The notes under the pieces are model-generated. The model was not told where the DNA came from. It did not search any database and saw only the letters and a list, made by a program, of their open reading frames with translations. The position numbers were made by a program, and so were the translations under genes. A stretch of 64,000 nt of DNA from Oscillospiraceae bacterium (GTDB lineage Bacteria; Bacillota; Clostridia; Oscillospirales; CAG-272). Where the stretch lies: contig SVUK01000014.1 of assembly GCA_015063325.1 (NCBI GenBank), forward strand, positions 9,918 through 73,917, written 5' to 3'. Shown piece after piece: positions 35,586 to 43,996 of this stretch. How positions within the stretch are numbered: position 1 is the stretch's first letter; each line of letters opens with the position of its first letter.

Positions 35586-35639
35586 TTCTTTTTTTGCAGA
35601 ATTTTGCAATAAAAAATAGGTAGAAAGAGGGAAACGAAA

Positions 35640-35861
35640 ATGAAAACGCTCAAAGACGCAAAAATCGGAGAGACCGTTCGCGTTGCAAAACTGAACGGAG
35701 AAGGCGCGGTCAAGCGCAGAATTATGGACATGGGCATTACCAAAGGAGTGGAGATTTTTGTCCGCAAAGTCGCGCCGCTGGGAGACCCCATTGAGATCAC
35801 CGTTCGCGGTTACGAGCTTTCTCTCCGCAAAGCCGACGCCGAAATGATCGAACTGATCTGA
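35640..35861 (+). CDS. feoA: FeoA family protein (second copy)
   Basis: 73 aa: LKDAKIGETVRVAKLNGEGAVKRRIMDMGITKGVEI.V. Confidence 0.85.
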   Translation: MKTLKDAKIGETVRVAKLNGEGAVKRRIMDMGITKGVEIFVRKVAPLGDPIEITVRGYELSLRKADAEMIELI

Positions 35862-35905
35862 AATCCAAAATTGAATTTTCGGAAGAAAAGGAGATTGAAA
35901 ATTTT

Positions 35906-38383
35906 ATGGAAAAACAAATTCGTATCGCTCTTGCCGGCAACCCCAACTGCGGCAAGACCACACTGTTCAACGCGCTGACCGGTTCCAACCAGTTTGTGGG
36001 CAACTGGCCGGGCGTTACCGTTGAGAAAAAGGAAGGCAAGCTCAAAAAGCAGGAGGGAGTTATCATCACCGACCTGCCGGGTATCTATTCGCTTTCCCCC
36101 TACACGCTGGAGGAAGTTGTTGCCCGTGAATATCTGATCGGCGAGCGGCCGGACGCCATCCTTAACATTGTGGACGGCACCAACCTGGAGCGCAACCTCT
36201 ACCTGACCACCCAGCTCACCGAGCTTGGAATTCCGGTGGTGGTCGCCGTCAACATGATGGACGTGGTCAAAAAGAACGGCGACGTCATCAATGTCGAGCA
36301 GCTTTCCCGTGCGCTCGGTTGCAAGGTGGTTGAAATTTCGGCGCTCAAGGGTACCGGCATCACCGAGGCGGCAAACGAGGCGATCAAGGCGGCAAAGCAC
36401 ACCAAAACCGTTCCGATGCACACTTTCGGCGGCGAGGTCGAGCACGCGCTGGCGCACATCGAGGAGGTCACCGTTCACGACCTGCCCGAGGAACAGCAGC
36501 GCTGGTATGCCATCAAGCTGTTCGAGCGCGACGAAAAGGTGATCAAGGCATTGAACCTTCCCAAAGAAACGCTGGGCCACATCGAGCAGGATATTGCACG
36601 CGTGGAGAAAGAGATGGACGACGACGCGGAGTCCATCATCACCAACGAGCGCTATGTTTACATCGGCTCCATCATCAAGGGCTGTTATAAGAAAAAGAGT
36701 GTCAAAAAGATGACCGTTTCGGATAAGATCGACCGGGTGGTCACCAACCGCTGGGCGGCGCTTCCCATTTTTGCCGCCATTATGTTCCTGGTTTATTTTA
36801 TCGCCGTTACATCGGTGGGAACGCTGATGACCGACTTTATGAACGACGGTGTGTTCGGCGACGGATTCCACCTGTTTAGCATTGGCAAAGCGCAGTACGA
36901 AGCCGATATGGAAACCTATTTTGACAATTCGCTCCAATCTGCCGAAGGAATTGCGGCAAAAGCCGACGTTGGCGCGGCGGTTGCTGCCGACGTGATTGGT
37001 GCCGGCGACATTGCCGACGCGATGGAAGCCAAAGACTTTGAAGCCTTTGACGAAGCCTACGGAAGCTACGGCGACGCGATTGCACAATGGGTTGAGGAAA
37101 CCAAGGGCGAGGAAGCGCCCAATTTGCTGGAAGAATTCTATGAAACATATTTCGGCGAGGAAGCCGAGGGCGTTCCCGACACCACTACCTACGGCGTTTG
37201 GGTACCGGGTATTCCGGTACTGGTTGAGCGCGGATTGCAGGCGATTCACACGCCCGAATGGCTGGAAAGCCTGATTGTGACCGGTATTATCGGCGGTGTT
37301 GGCGCAGTGCTTGGATTCGTTCCGCAAATTTTGGTGCTGTTTATCCTGCTGGCTTTTTTGGAGGCTTGCGGTTATATGGCGCGCGTTGCCTTTGTTCTGG
37401 ACCGCATTTTCCGCCGGTTTGGACTTTCGGGCAAATCCTTTATCCCCATGCTCATCGGCTCGGGGTGCGGTGTTCCCGGAATTATGGCGTCGCGGACGAT
37501 TGAAAACGAGCGCGACCGCCGTATGACCATTATGACCACCACCTTTATCCCGTGCGGCGCAAAACTGCCCATTATTGCTCTGATTGCAACGGCGCTCTTC
37601 CACGGCGCTTGGTGGGTGGCTCCTACCGCCTACTTCATCGGTATTGCGGCAATCATTGTCTCGGGCATTATGCTCAAGAAGACCAAAATGTTTGCCGGCG
37701 ATCCGGCGCCCTTCGTTATGGAGCTTCCGGCTTACCACTGGCCGACTTTCGGCAACGTGATGCGTTCCATGTGGGAGCGCGGCTGGTCGTTCATTAAGAA
37801 AGCCGGAACCATCATTCTGTTGGCGTCCATCGTTATCTGGCTGGGATCTACGCTTGGCTGGCAGGAAGGCGTTTTCACTTGGAATTCCGAAATGGAACTT
37901 GCCGACAGCATTCTTGGCAAGATCGGCTACGGGCTCAAATGGATCTTCTATCCGCTCGGCTTCGGCTCGGGGGATACGGGCATTGCGGCAACCATCGCCA
38001 CCATCATGGGTCTGGTTGCCAAAGAGGAAGTCGTCGGCGTGTTCGGCGTGCTGGATTTCGTTGGCATCGGCCGGCTGGCAGGCTTCTCCTTCCTGGTGTT
38101 CAACCTGCTTTGCGCGCCTTGCTTTGCGGCAATCGGCGCCATCCGCCGCGAAATGAACAACGCCAAATGGACCTGGTTCGCCATCGGCTATCAATGCGCG
38201 CTGGCTTATGCCGTCTCGTTGATGATCTACCAGTTTGGCGTGCTCTTCTCGGGCGGATTTACGCCTTGGAACATCCCCTGGTTCATCGCCGCGCTGGCGC
38301 TCCTTGGCGGTATGATCTATATGCTGTTCATTAAGAAATATCACGAATCCAACAAACTGACGCTTGACGTCAAAACGAAATAA
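35906..38383 (+). CDS. feoB: Ferrous iron transporter FeoB
   Basis: N-terminal G-domain GNPNCGKTTLFN and DLPG.YSL, followed by a polytopic membrane domain. 825 aa. Confidence 0.95.
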   Translation: MEKQIRIALAGNPNCGKTTLFNALTGSNQFVGNWPGVTVEKKEGKLKKQEGVIITDLPGIYSLSPYTLEEVVAREYLIGERPDAILNIVDGTNLERNLYLTTQLTELGIPVVVAVNMMDVVKKNGDVINVEQLSRALGCKVVEISALKGTGITEAANEAIKAAKHTKTVPMHTFGGEVEHALAHIEEVTVHDLPEEQQRWYAIKLFERDEKVIKALNLPKETLGHIEQDIARVEKEMDDDAESIITNERYVYIGSIIKGCYKKKSVKKMTVSDKIDRVVTNRWAALPIFAAIMFLVYFIAVTSVGTLMTDFMNDGVFGDGFHLFSIGKAQYEADMETYFDNSLQSAEGIAAKADVGAAVAADVIGAGDIADAMEAKDFEAFDEAYGSYGDAIAQWVEETKGEEAPNLLEEFYETYFGEEAEGVPDTTTYGVWVPGIPVLVERGLQAIHTPEWLESLIVTGIIGGVGAVLGFVPQILVLFILLAFLEACGYMARVAFVLDRIFRRFGLSGKSFIPMLIGSGCGVPGIMASRTIENERDRRMTIMTTTFIPCGAKLPIIALIATALFHGAWWVAPTAYFIGIAAIIVSGIMLKKTKMFAGDPAPFVMELPAYHWPTFGNVMRSMWERGWSFIKKAGTIILLASIVIWLGSTLGWQEGVFTWNSEMELADSILGKIGYGLKWIFYPLGFGSGDTGIAATIATIMGLVAKEEVVGVFGVLDFVGIGRLAGFSFLVFNLLCAPCFAAIGAIRREMNNAKWTWFAIGYQCALAYAVSLMIYQFGVLFSGGFTPWNIPWFIAALALLGGMIYMLFIKKYHESNKLTLDVKTK

Positions 38384-38406
38384 AAAAGCGAAGGAGGGAT
38401 TTTTCC

Positions 38407-38583
38407 ATGTGGTCGTGGCTCGGTCAGAACATCGGTTGGCTTTTGGTGCTTGCCGGACTCATTGCGGTCGTTGCCGTGCTGGTCGTTCGCCTGATCCGCG
38501 AACGGAAGACGGGAAAATCCTGCGGCTGCGCCGGTTGCGCCGGCTGCGCCTATGCAAAAAACTGCCCTTCGAATAGGAAGTAG
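38407..38583 (+). CDS. FeoB-associated Cys-rich small membrane protein (58 aa, below the ORF-track cutoff)
   Basis: ATG at 38407 follows GAAGGAGGG. The product is MWSWLGQNIGWLLVLAGLIAVVAVLVVRLIRERKTGKSCGCAGCAGCAYAKNCPSNRK: one TM helix followed by CGCAGCAGC. Confidence 0.7.
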   Translation: MWSWLGQNIGWLLVLAGLIAVVAVLVVRLIRERKTGKSCGCAGCAGCAYAKNCPSNRK

Positions 38584-38587
38584 GAAG

Positions 38588-38640
38588 GCCGCGAGGGGGA
38601 GGAACCCTTTTTGAAAAAAGGGTTCCTCCCCCTCGCGCTC
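38588..38640. repeat. GE-type hairpin (cluster C8)
   Basis: GCGAGGGGGAGGAACCC-TTTTTGAAAAAA-GGGTTCCTCCCCCTCGC at 38591-38637. Confidence 0.85.
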
Positions 38641-38677
38641 CCTCTCTTCCAAAAAACTTTCAGAAAAGGAGATTTTT

Positions 38678-38941
38678 ATGGTTCAGACAACGGTAGGAAT
38701 TGACGGAATGATGTGCGGGATGTGCGAAGCGCACGTCAACGATTGTATTCGCGCCAATTTCGATATCAAAAGCGTAACATCATCGCATAAAAAGGGAGAG
38801 GCGGTTCTGCTTTCGGACAAGGCGCCGGAGGTCAGCCGCTTGCGCGAGGTACTGGGCAATCTCGGCTACACGGTGACCTCGGTGCACAGCGAGGAAGCAA
38901 AAGAGAAGAAAGGCTTTTTCGCCCGTCTGATGGGGAAATAA
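38678..38941 (+). CDS. Heavy-metal-associated (HMA) domain protein
   Basis: VGIDGMMCGMCEAHV carries the GMxCxxC motif. 87 aa. Confidence 0.8.
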   Translation: MVQTTVGIDGMMCGMCEAHVNDCIRANFDIKSVTSSHKKGEAVLLSDKAPEVSRLREVLGNLGYTVTSVHSEEAKEKKGFFARLMGK

Positions 38942-38944
38942 GCG

Positions 38945-39197
38945 CCTGTAAAATGCATGGAAGGTTCGCGCGAAGCGCGAAAAAAGACCTCGGGGTTTCA
39001 CCCCGAACCCGGACAACCTTTTTGAAAAAGGTTGATCAAAAACTTTATAAATAAGGGCTGAAAATAAACCCTATCCGAAGCAGTGCGGAAAGCCGCTTTT
39101 AAAAAAACTCCAACCTCTTTTGGTTGGAGTTTTTTGAAAGAGGGGGAGTTTGAGGGGGAGGAAACTTTTTTGCAAAAAAGTTTCCTCCCCCTCAAGG
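38945..39197. repeat. Intergenic palindromic repeat cluster C9 (inverted LSR, inverted M2, GE)
   Basis: GGTTCGCGCGAAGCGCGAA, CTCGGGGTTTCACCCCGA and GGACAACCTTTTTGAAAAAGGTTGATC. M2 inverted at about 39045-39140. GE hairpin at 39149-39195, identical to the 5824 and 18358 copies. Confidence 0.85.
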
Positions 39198-39199
39198 TC

Positions 39200-39553
39200 T
39201 TACCCTCTCTCTGCTGTCACGATCACATCTGCGCCGGTGTCCCGGAAGTTGGGGATAACGACGTCGCCGATATGGGTGGGCAGGGTAACGGTTGCGGCGT
39301 TGATCTCTTTCATGCAGTCGAAGATCAGCTCTTTTGGGATGGTTTTGCTGGTCTTGACCGGAACGGGATCGCCATTGGTGGCGCGCACGGTCGAAGTGAC
39401 GGTGCGCATGGGGTGGGTGCATTCATCGATGGCATATTGCTTGCCGCGTGGGCAGGCAAAGCCTTCAACGCTTTCAATTTTCCCGTCGGCGGTGAGTTCC
39501 GCTTTGAGCGAACAACCGCGCGGACAAACGATACAAGTCAATTCTCTCGTCAT
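39200..39553 (-). CDS. DUF1667 domain protein (third subunit of the glpA-like cluster)
   Basis: ORF trimmed to the ATG at 39553 (MTRELTCIVCPRGC). It has the Cys-rich N-terminus typical of DUF1667. Confidence 0.8.
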   Translation of the reverse strand: MTRELTCIVCPRGCSLKAELTADGKIESVEGFACPRGKQYAIDECTHPMRTVTSTVRATNGDPVPVKTSKTIPKELIFDCMKEINAATVTLPTHIGDVVIPNFRDTGADVIVTAERG

Positions 39554-39554
39554 A

Positions 39555-40799
39555 TCAATTTTCCTCCAATGCAAACCGGAGTTCGCGAACGCCGGCAAAC
39601 GATTCGGATTTGAGCGTAACGCTTTCCATTTCGCCCGGGGCAACCTTTATCTTTTTGCGCGCATAGATGACGTTTCCTTTTTCATCGGTCACCCTCACGG
39701 TCACGTTGCGGTAAACGTCGGCAACGCGGAAGAAAACGGTCACGTCCTTTTGCCGGGTAATGCGCTGCGGCACGGTGTAGCGCACCTTGCCGTCGGTATG
39801 GAGCGCAACGTTTACGGCGGCGGCATTCTCTCCGGCGATATATGCGGCGGCGGACTTTCCGGCAATCTCTGCTTCCTCGGAAACAAAATCGACAAGGTCA
39901 TGTACGTGCAAAACATTGCCGCAGGCGTAAATACCGGGAATTTCGGTTTGGCGGTCCTGATCGACCACCGCGCCGTTGGTCACGCGGTCAAGCGTTACCG
40001 AAGCGGTTTTGGAAAGCTCGTTTTCGGGAATCAGACCAACCGAGAGCAGAAGCGTATCGCAGGGAATATACTCGCGCGTTTCGGGAATGGGGCGGCGGTT
40101 TTCGTCCACTTTGGCAATGGTCACGCCGGTCAGACGTTCCCGACCGTGAATTTCCACAACGGTATGCGAGAGCTTGAGCGGAATGCCGAAATCGTGCAGG
40201 CATTGCTCAATGTTGCGCGCCAAACCGCCGGAATAGGGCATCAGCTCGCAAACGGCATGGACCTTTGCGCCCTCCAACGTCATGCGGCGCGCCATAATCA
40301 ATCCGATATCGCCCGAGCCGAGAATGACCACCTCTTTGCCGGGGAGATATCCTTTCATATTGACGTATTTTTGCGCCGTACCGGCGCTGTAAATGCCTGC
40401 CGGACGTGTTCCTGCAATGTTGAGGGCGCCTTTGGCGCGCTCGCGGCAACCCATGCAAAGAATGATTGCCTTGGCTTGCAGCCGGAACACGCCTTGCTCC
40501 GCGTTGGTTGCGGTAATGATTTTATCGGGGGTGATATCCAGCACCATGGTGTTGAGAAGGGATGGGATTTTCCGCTCCTCCGCCATTTTTTCGTAGCGTG
40601 CGGCGTATTCGGGACCGGTCAGCTCCTCGCCGAAGCGGTGGAGGCCGAAGCCGTTGTGAATGCACTGCTGAAGAATGCCGCCCAGGTGGCTGTCGCGCTC
40701 CAGAATGAGCAGATTGCGAACGCCTGCGTCGTAGGCAGCGACCGCGGCGCTCATGCCGGCAGGACCGCCGCCGATGATAACAAGATCAATGCTTTTCAT
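39555..40799 (-). CDS. NAD(P)/FAD-dependent pyridine nucleotide-disulfide family oxidoreductase
   Basis: DLVIIGGGPAGMSAA and a second dinucleotide fold VVILGSGDIGL. Confidence 0.85.
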   Translation of the reverse strand: MKSIDLVIIGGGPAGMSAAVAAYDAGVRNLLILERDSHLGGILQQCIHNGFGLHRFGEELTGPEYAARYEKMAEERKIPSLLNTMVLDITPDKIITATNAEQGVFRLQAKAIILCMGCRERAKGALNIAGTRPAGIYSAGTAQKYVNMKGYLPGKEVVILGSGDIGLIMARRMTLEGAKVHAVCELMPYSGGLARNIEQCLHDFGIPLKLSHTVVEIHGRERLTGVTIAKVDENRRPIPETREYIPCDTLLLSVGLIPENELSKTASVTLDRVTNGAVVDQDRQTEIPGIYACGNVLHVHDLVDFVSEEAEIAGKSAAAYIAGENAAAVNVALHTDGKVRYTVPQRITRQKDVTVFFRVADVYRNVTVRVTDEKGNVIYARKKIKVAPGEMESVTLKSESFAGVRELRFALEEN

Positions 40800-40800
40800 A

Positions 40801-42234
40801 TCAGCGCGCTCCTTTCGTTTTTTCCAGATTGACGAGCGATTTTCCGCCCGATTTGGTTACCGCCTCATAGGGAATGCCCAGCTCTCGTGAAAGCAGTTCC
40901 ACAATATAGGGGGAGCAGAACCCCCCTTGACAACGTCCCATTTGGGCACGGGTGCGGCGCTTAATGCCGTCGAGGTCGTGAGGTTTCGGCTCGGTACGGA
41001 TGGCGGCGAGGATCTCTCCCTCGGTCACCGTTTCACAGCGGCAGATTACGCGCCCATAGGAGGGATCCTTTGCAATGACCGCGTTCTTTTCCTCCATCGT
41101 CATTTCGCGGAACGCGTGCAAAGCCGGACGAATCGGGTTGTAGCTTGCTTTTTCCGCCGTTTGCATGCCGTCTTTTTGCAAAAGGTCGAGCACGTATTCG
41201 GCAATGGCAGGAGCCGAGGAAAGTCCGGGCGATTCAATGCCGGCAACGTTGATAAATCCGTGGCGCGGATTGTTGATAATAAAATCTCCGGTACTTCCCA
41301 CCGCGCGCAAACCGCAGAAAGAGGTAATGGAGGCGCCGAAACGAATGCCGGTCACGCTCTCGCCGGCGCCCTTCATCACGCGTGCAAGACCTTCGGGGGT
41401 CGTGGATTTGTCGTCTTTGTCCTCCATGTCCTCGGAGGTCGGACCGGTGAGCAGGTTGCCGTCCACCGTCGGGCTGACGAGAATACCCTTGCCCATTTTG
41501 GTAGGGGTGCGGAAGATCGTATGCGAAACGAGCGCCCCGAGCTCTTTATCCAAAAGAATATATTCGCCGCGCCGGGGGTGAACGGTAAAGGAATCATCCC
41601 CGATCATTTTTGCAATCGCGTCGGAATACACGCCGGCGGCGTTGATCACGTACTTTGCCTCTACGGTTTTGCCGCCTGCCGTAATGACGTAGCCGTTTTC
41701 GGTTGCTTGAACGGCGGTCACTTCGTTGTTCAGCAGGAGTTCGGCTCCGTTGTCCATGGCATTCCCGATGGCGGCAAAAGTAAGCTCATAGGGGCAAACG
41801 ATCGCACCCGTGGGCGCGTGAAGCGCGCAGGTGGCATTTTGGGAAACGTTCGGCTCCAGCGCGTGGAGCTCTTCCGCGTTCAGAAGTTTCAAGTTCTTCA
41901 CGCCGTTGGCAACGCCGCGCTGATAGAGCAATTCGAGGTGCGCTTTGTCCTCGTCGTTAAACCCAATGACGAGCGAACCATTGTTTTTGTACTTCACACC
42001 CAGCTCGCGGCAGACATCTGCCATCATCTCCGAGCCGCGAACATTGAGTTTGGCTTTCAGCGAACCTTCTTTGGCGTCAAATCCTGCGTGGACGATGGCG
42101 GAGTTTGCCGCAGTCGCGCCGGTGGCAACGTCGTTCCCTTTTTCCAAAATGACGATTTTGAGCTGGTAGCGCGCAAGCGTCCGGGCGATCATTCCGCCCA
42201 CAACGCCGGCGCCGATAATGGCAACGTCAAACAT
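40801..42234 (-). CDS. FAD-dependent oxidoreductase, glycerol-3-phosphate dehydrogenase (GlpA)-like, with a BFD-like [2Fe-2S] domain
   Basis: MFDVAIIGAGVVGG, with C-terminal ICRCE.VTEGEI and CQGGFC. Confidence 0.85.
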   Translation of the reverse strand: MFDVAIIGAGVVGGMIARTLARYQLKIVILEKGNDVATGATAANSAIVHAGFDAKEGSLKAKLNVRGSEMMADVCRELGVKYKNNGSLVIGFNDEDKAHLELLYQRGVANGVKNLKLLNAEELHALEPNVSQNATCALHAPTGAIVCPYELTFAAIGNAMDNGAELLLNNEVTAVQATENGYVITAGGKTVEAKYVINAAGVYSDAIAKMIGDDSFTVHPRRGEYILLDKELGALVSHTIFRTPTKMGKGILVSPTVDGNLLTGPTSEDMEDKDDKSTTPEGLARVMKGAGESVTGIRFGASITSFCGLRAVGSTGDFIINNPRHGFINVAGIESPGLSSAPAIAEYVLDLLQKDGMQTAEKASYNPIRPALHAFREMTMEEKNAVIAKDPSYGRVICRCETVTEGEILAAIRTEPKPHDLDGIKRRTRAQMGRCQGGFCSPYIVELLSRELGIPYEAVTKSGGKSLVNLEKTKGAR

Positions 42235-42296
42235 TGTGTTTCTCCTTTTTACTCATTTTTGTTCAAATACTGTTTCCAAAGGATTGTTTACCTTAT

Positions 42297-42325
42297 ATTA
42301 TAATAAAATTCTCTGCTCCCGTCAA
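42297..42325 (-). promoter_or_regulatory. Candidate sigma-A promoter of the glpA-like operon
   Basis: On the minus strand: TTGACG (42325-42320), a 17-nt spacer, and TATAAT (42302-42297). The palindrome GCGCAAAATTTTGCG lies about 35 nt further upstream. Confidence 0.5.
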
Positions 42326-42399
42326 GTGCGGCGAAAAAGTTGAAAAACGCGCAAAATTTTGCGAAAAACGCGCAAGAATAAGCAACTTGGAACGGGGAA

Positions 42400-42845
42400 A
42401 GACATTGGGGGAGGGAGAAACTTTTTTCAAAAAGTTCTCCCCTCACCCAACCCCCCAACCCTGTTGCGGTACCCGGAAATCGCTGCGGGCGCATTCGCGC
42501 TGATCCGTGCGCTTTTCGACCTGCTGCCAACGTTCGCCGCAAACGGCTCACTACGCAATATTCTCGCCGGCTGAACACCGGCGTTTCGCTACGCGAAAGC
42601 GAATATTTGCACTCCTCGCGCTCCCTGCTTCCGCCGCAGGCGGCGGTCGCGCTCGTCCCCTTTTTAAAAAACTTCAAAAAGGGAACTTTTTGGAGTTTTT
42701 AAAATAGGCTTTCTGAACTGCTCCGAATCGGGTTTATTTTCAGTCTTTATTTATAAAGTTTTGATCCAACTTTTTCAAAAGTTGGTAGGGTGTGGGACAA
42801 AGTCCCGCGATCTTCTTTCGCGCCTTTGGCGCGAACTTTCCTTGC
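42400..42845. repeat. Intergenic palindromic repeat cluster C10 (GE variant, inverted PQ with insert, M2, LSR)
   Basis: Imperfect GE hairpin at 42406-42446. PQ at 42460-42660 on the minus strand, carrying the same 82-bp insert as the 21.3 kb copy. M2 at 42662-42755. LSR at 42750-42842. Confidence 0.85.
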
Positions 42846-42950
42846 TTCCTTTCACGCTTTTCTCATTTTATTTTTCATTTAAAGTAAAATTTATTCAAAT
42901 TATTCAAAGTAAAATCCGCTCGTTATTTTCAAAAAATTTCTCCAACCCTC

Positions 42951-43004
42951 TTGACAAATCAATTCCTGCGGAATATAATAACAGTTGAACAAGTGTTCAA
43001 CTGT
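42951..43004 (+). promoter_or_regulatory. arsR-family promoter plus 12-bp-arm inverted-repeat operator
   Basis: TTGACA at 42951-42956, a 17-nt spacer, and TATAAT at 42974-42979. It is followed immediately by ACAGTTGAACAAGTGTTCAACTGT (42981-43004), which resembles SmtB/CzrA-type operators. Confidence 0.65.
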
Positions 43005-43100
43005 TTAAGAAGAAAAATTAAATGATTCAAAAAGATTAATTGATTCCAAAAAGCTTCGTTTATTCAAGAAAATAATTGAATCAGAACAGGAGAGTTGAGT

Positions 43101-43454
43101 ATGAAAGATCCCTACTGTTGTGAGGTTAATGAAACGCATCCCGAAAAAATTGCGCAAGCCAAACGTCGTTTGCCCGACGACGACACTCTTTTTGCGCTCG
43201 CCGACCTCTATAAGCTTTTCGGCGACAGTACCCGTTTGCGCATTCTTTATGTGCTGTTTGACGCCGAACTTTGCGTTTGCGATATTGCCGAACTGCTGGG
43301 CATGACCGTTTCGGCAATTTCCCACCAGTTGCGCCTCTTGAAACAGGCGGCGCTGGTCAAATTCCGCAAGAGCGGCAAAAGCGTGCTTTATTCGCTTGCC
43401 GACAGTCATGTTCAAACCATTTTGGCGCAGGGCATGGAGCATATTACCGAATAA
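43101..43454 (+). CDS. ArsR/SmtB family metalloregulator
   Basis: ATG at 43101 follows AGGAGAG. The sequence LFGDSTRLRILYVL...ELCVCDIAELLGMTVSAISHQLRLLK carries the CVC metal site and a wHTH. Confidence 0.85.
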   Translation: MKDPYCCEVNETHPEKIAQAKRRLPDDDTLFALADLYKLFGDSTRLRILYVLFDAELCVCDIAELLGMTVSAISHQLRLLKQAALVKFRKSGKSVLYSLADSHVQTILAQGMEHITE

Positions 43455-43514
43455 AAATTTGAATGATTTTGGATTTATAACTTTTCTGCTTTTTCACAAA
43501 AAAACGGAGTTCTC

Positions 43515-43710
43515 GTTTGGCTCCCTTGTGCAACATTTGCCCTCGGCAGACTTGCCTTATTGCCGCAGATATTGCCCATATTTGGCTCCCTTGTGCGCAA
43601 AGGGAGCTGGCGAGCTTGCTCGACTGAGGGATTGTTTTTCTAAATCATTTTTTTAACAACCCCTCACCCGCTATGCGGGAGCTCCCCTTACACAGGGGAG
43701 CCGCTCAAAA
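43515..43710. repeat. Second-family repeats (three units) between arsR and the HMA/ATPase genes
   Basis: GGCTCCCTTGTGCAACA.. (43519), GGCTCCCTTGTGCGCAAAGGGAGCTGGCGAGCTTGCTCGACTGAGGGATTG (43583-43637), and CAACCCCTCACCCGCTATGCGGGAGCTCCCCTTACACAGGGGAGCC (43657-43706). Confidence 0.8.
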
Positions 43711-43777
43711 AATCCCACAAGAACAACAAAAACTGATTTGCTGATAGACAAAAATTCACTTTTCAAGGAGACATGGT

Positions 43778-43996
43778 ATGAAAAAAACGTTTGCTTTGAT
43801 CGATCTGGACTGTGCGAACTGCGCCGCAAAAATGGAGCGCGCCATTGCAAAAATCGACGGCGTGAACGAGGTAACGGTCAGCTTCCTCGCCCAAAAGCTG
43901 GTGCTGGATGCCGACGACGCTCGTTTTGACGAGATTTTAGACGAAGTAATCGCAACGATCCGCAAAGTGGAACCCGACTGCCGTTTGAAAAAATGA
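43778..43996 (+). CDS. HMA domain protein (stand-alone N-terminal metal-binding domain)
   Basis: 72 aa. LDCANCAAKME carries the CxxC motif. Its stop overlaps the ATPase ATG as ATGA. Confidence 0.8.
   Translation: MKKTFALIDLDCANCAAKMERAIAKIDGVNEVTVSFLAQKLVLDADDARFDEILDEVIATIRKVEPDCRLKK

Noticed and set aside
39200-42234. Treating the three-gene FAD oxidoreductase cluster as something novel.
   Set aside because: GlpA-like oxidoreductase + pyridine-nucleotide-disulfide oxidoreductase + DUF1667 is a common clostridial glycerol-3-phosphate dehydrogenase-type cluster. Only the absence of glpK/glpF in the window is notable, and they may lie elsewhere.
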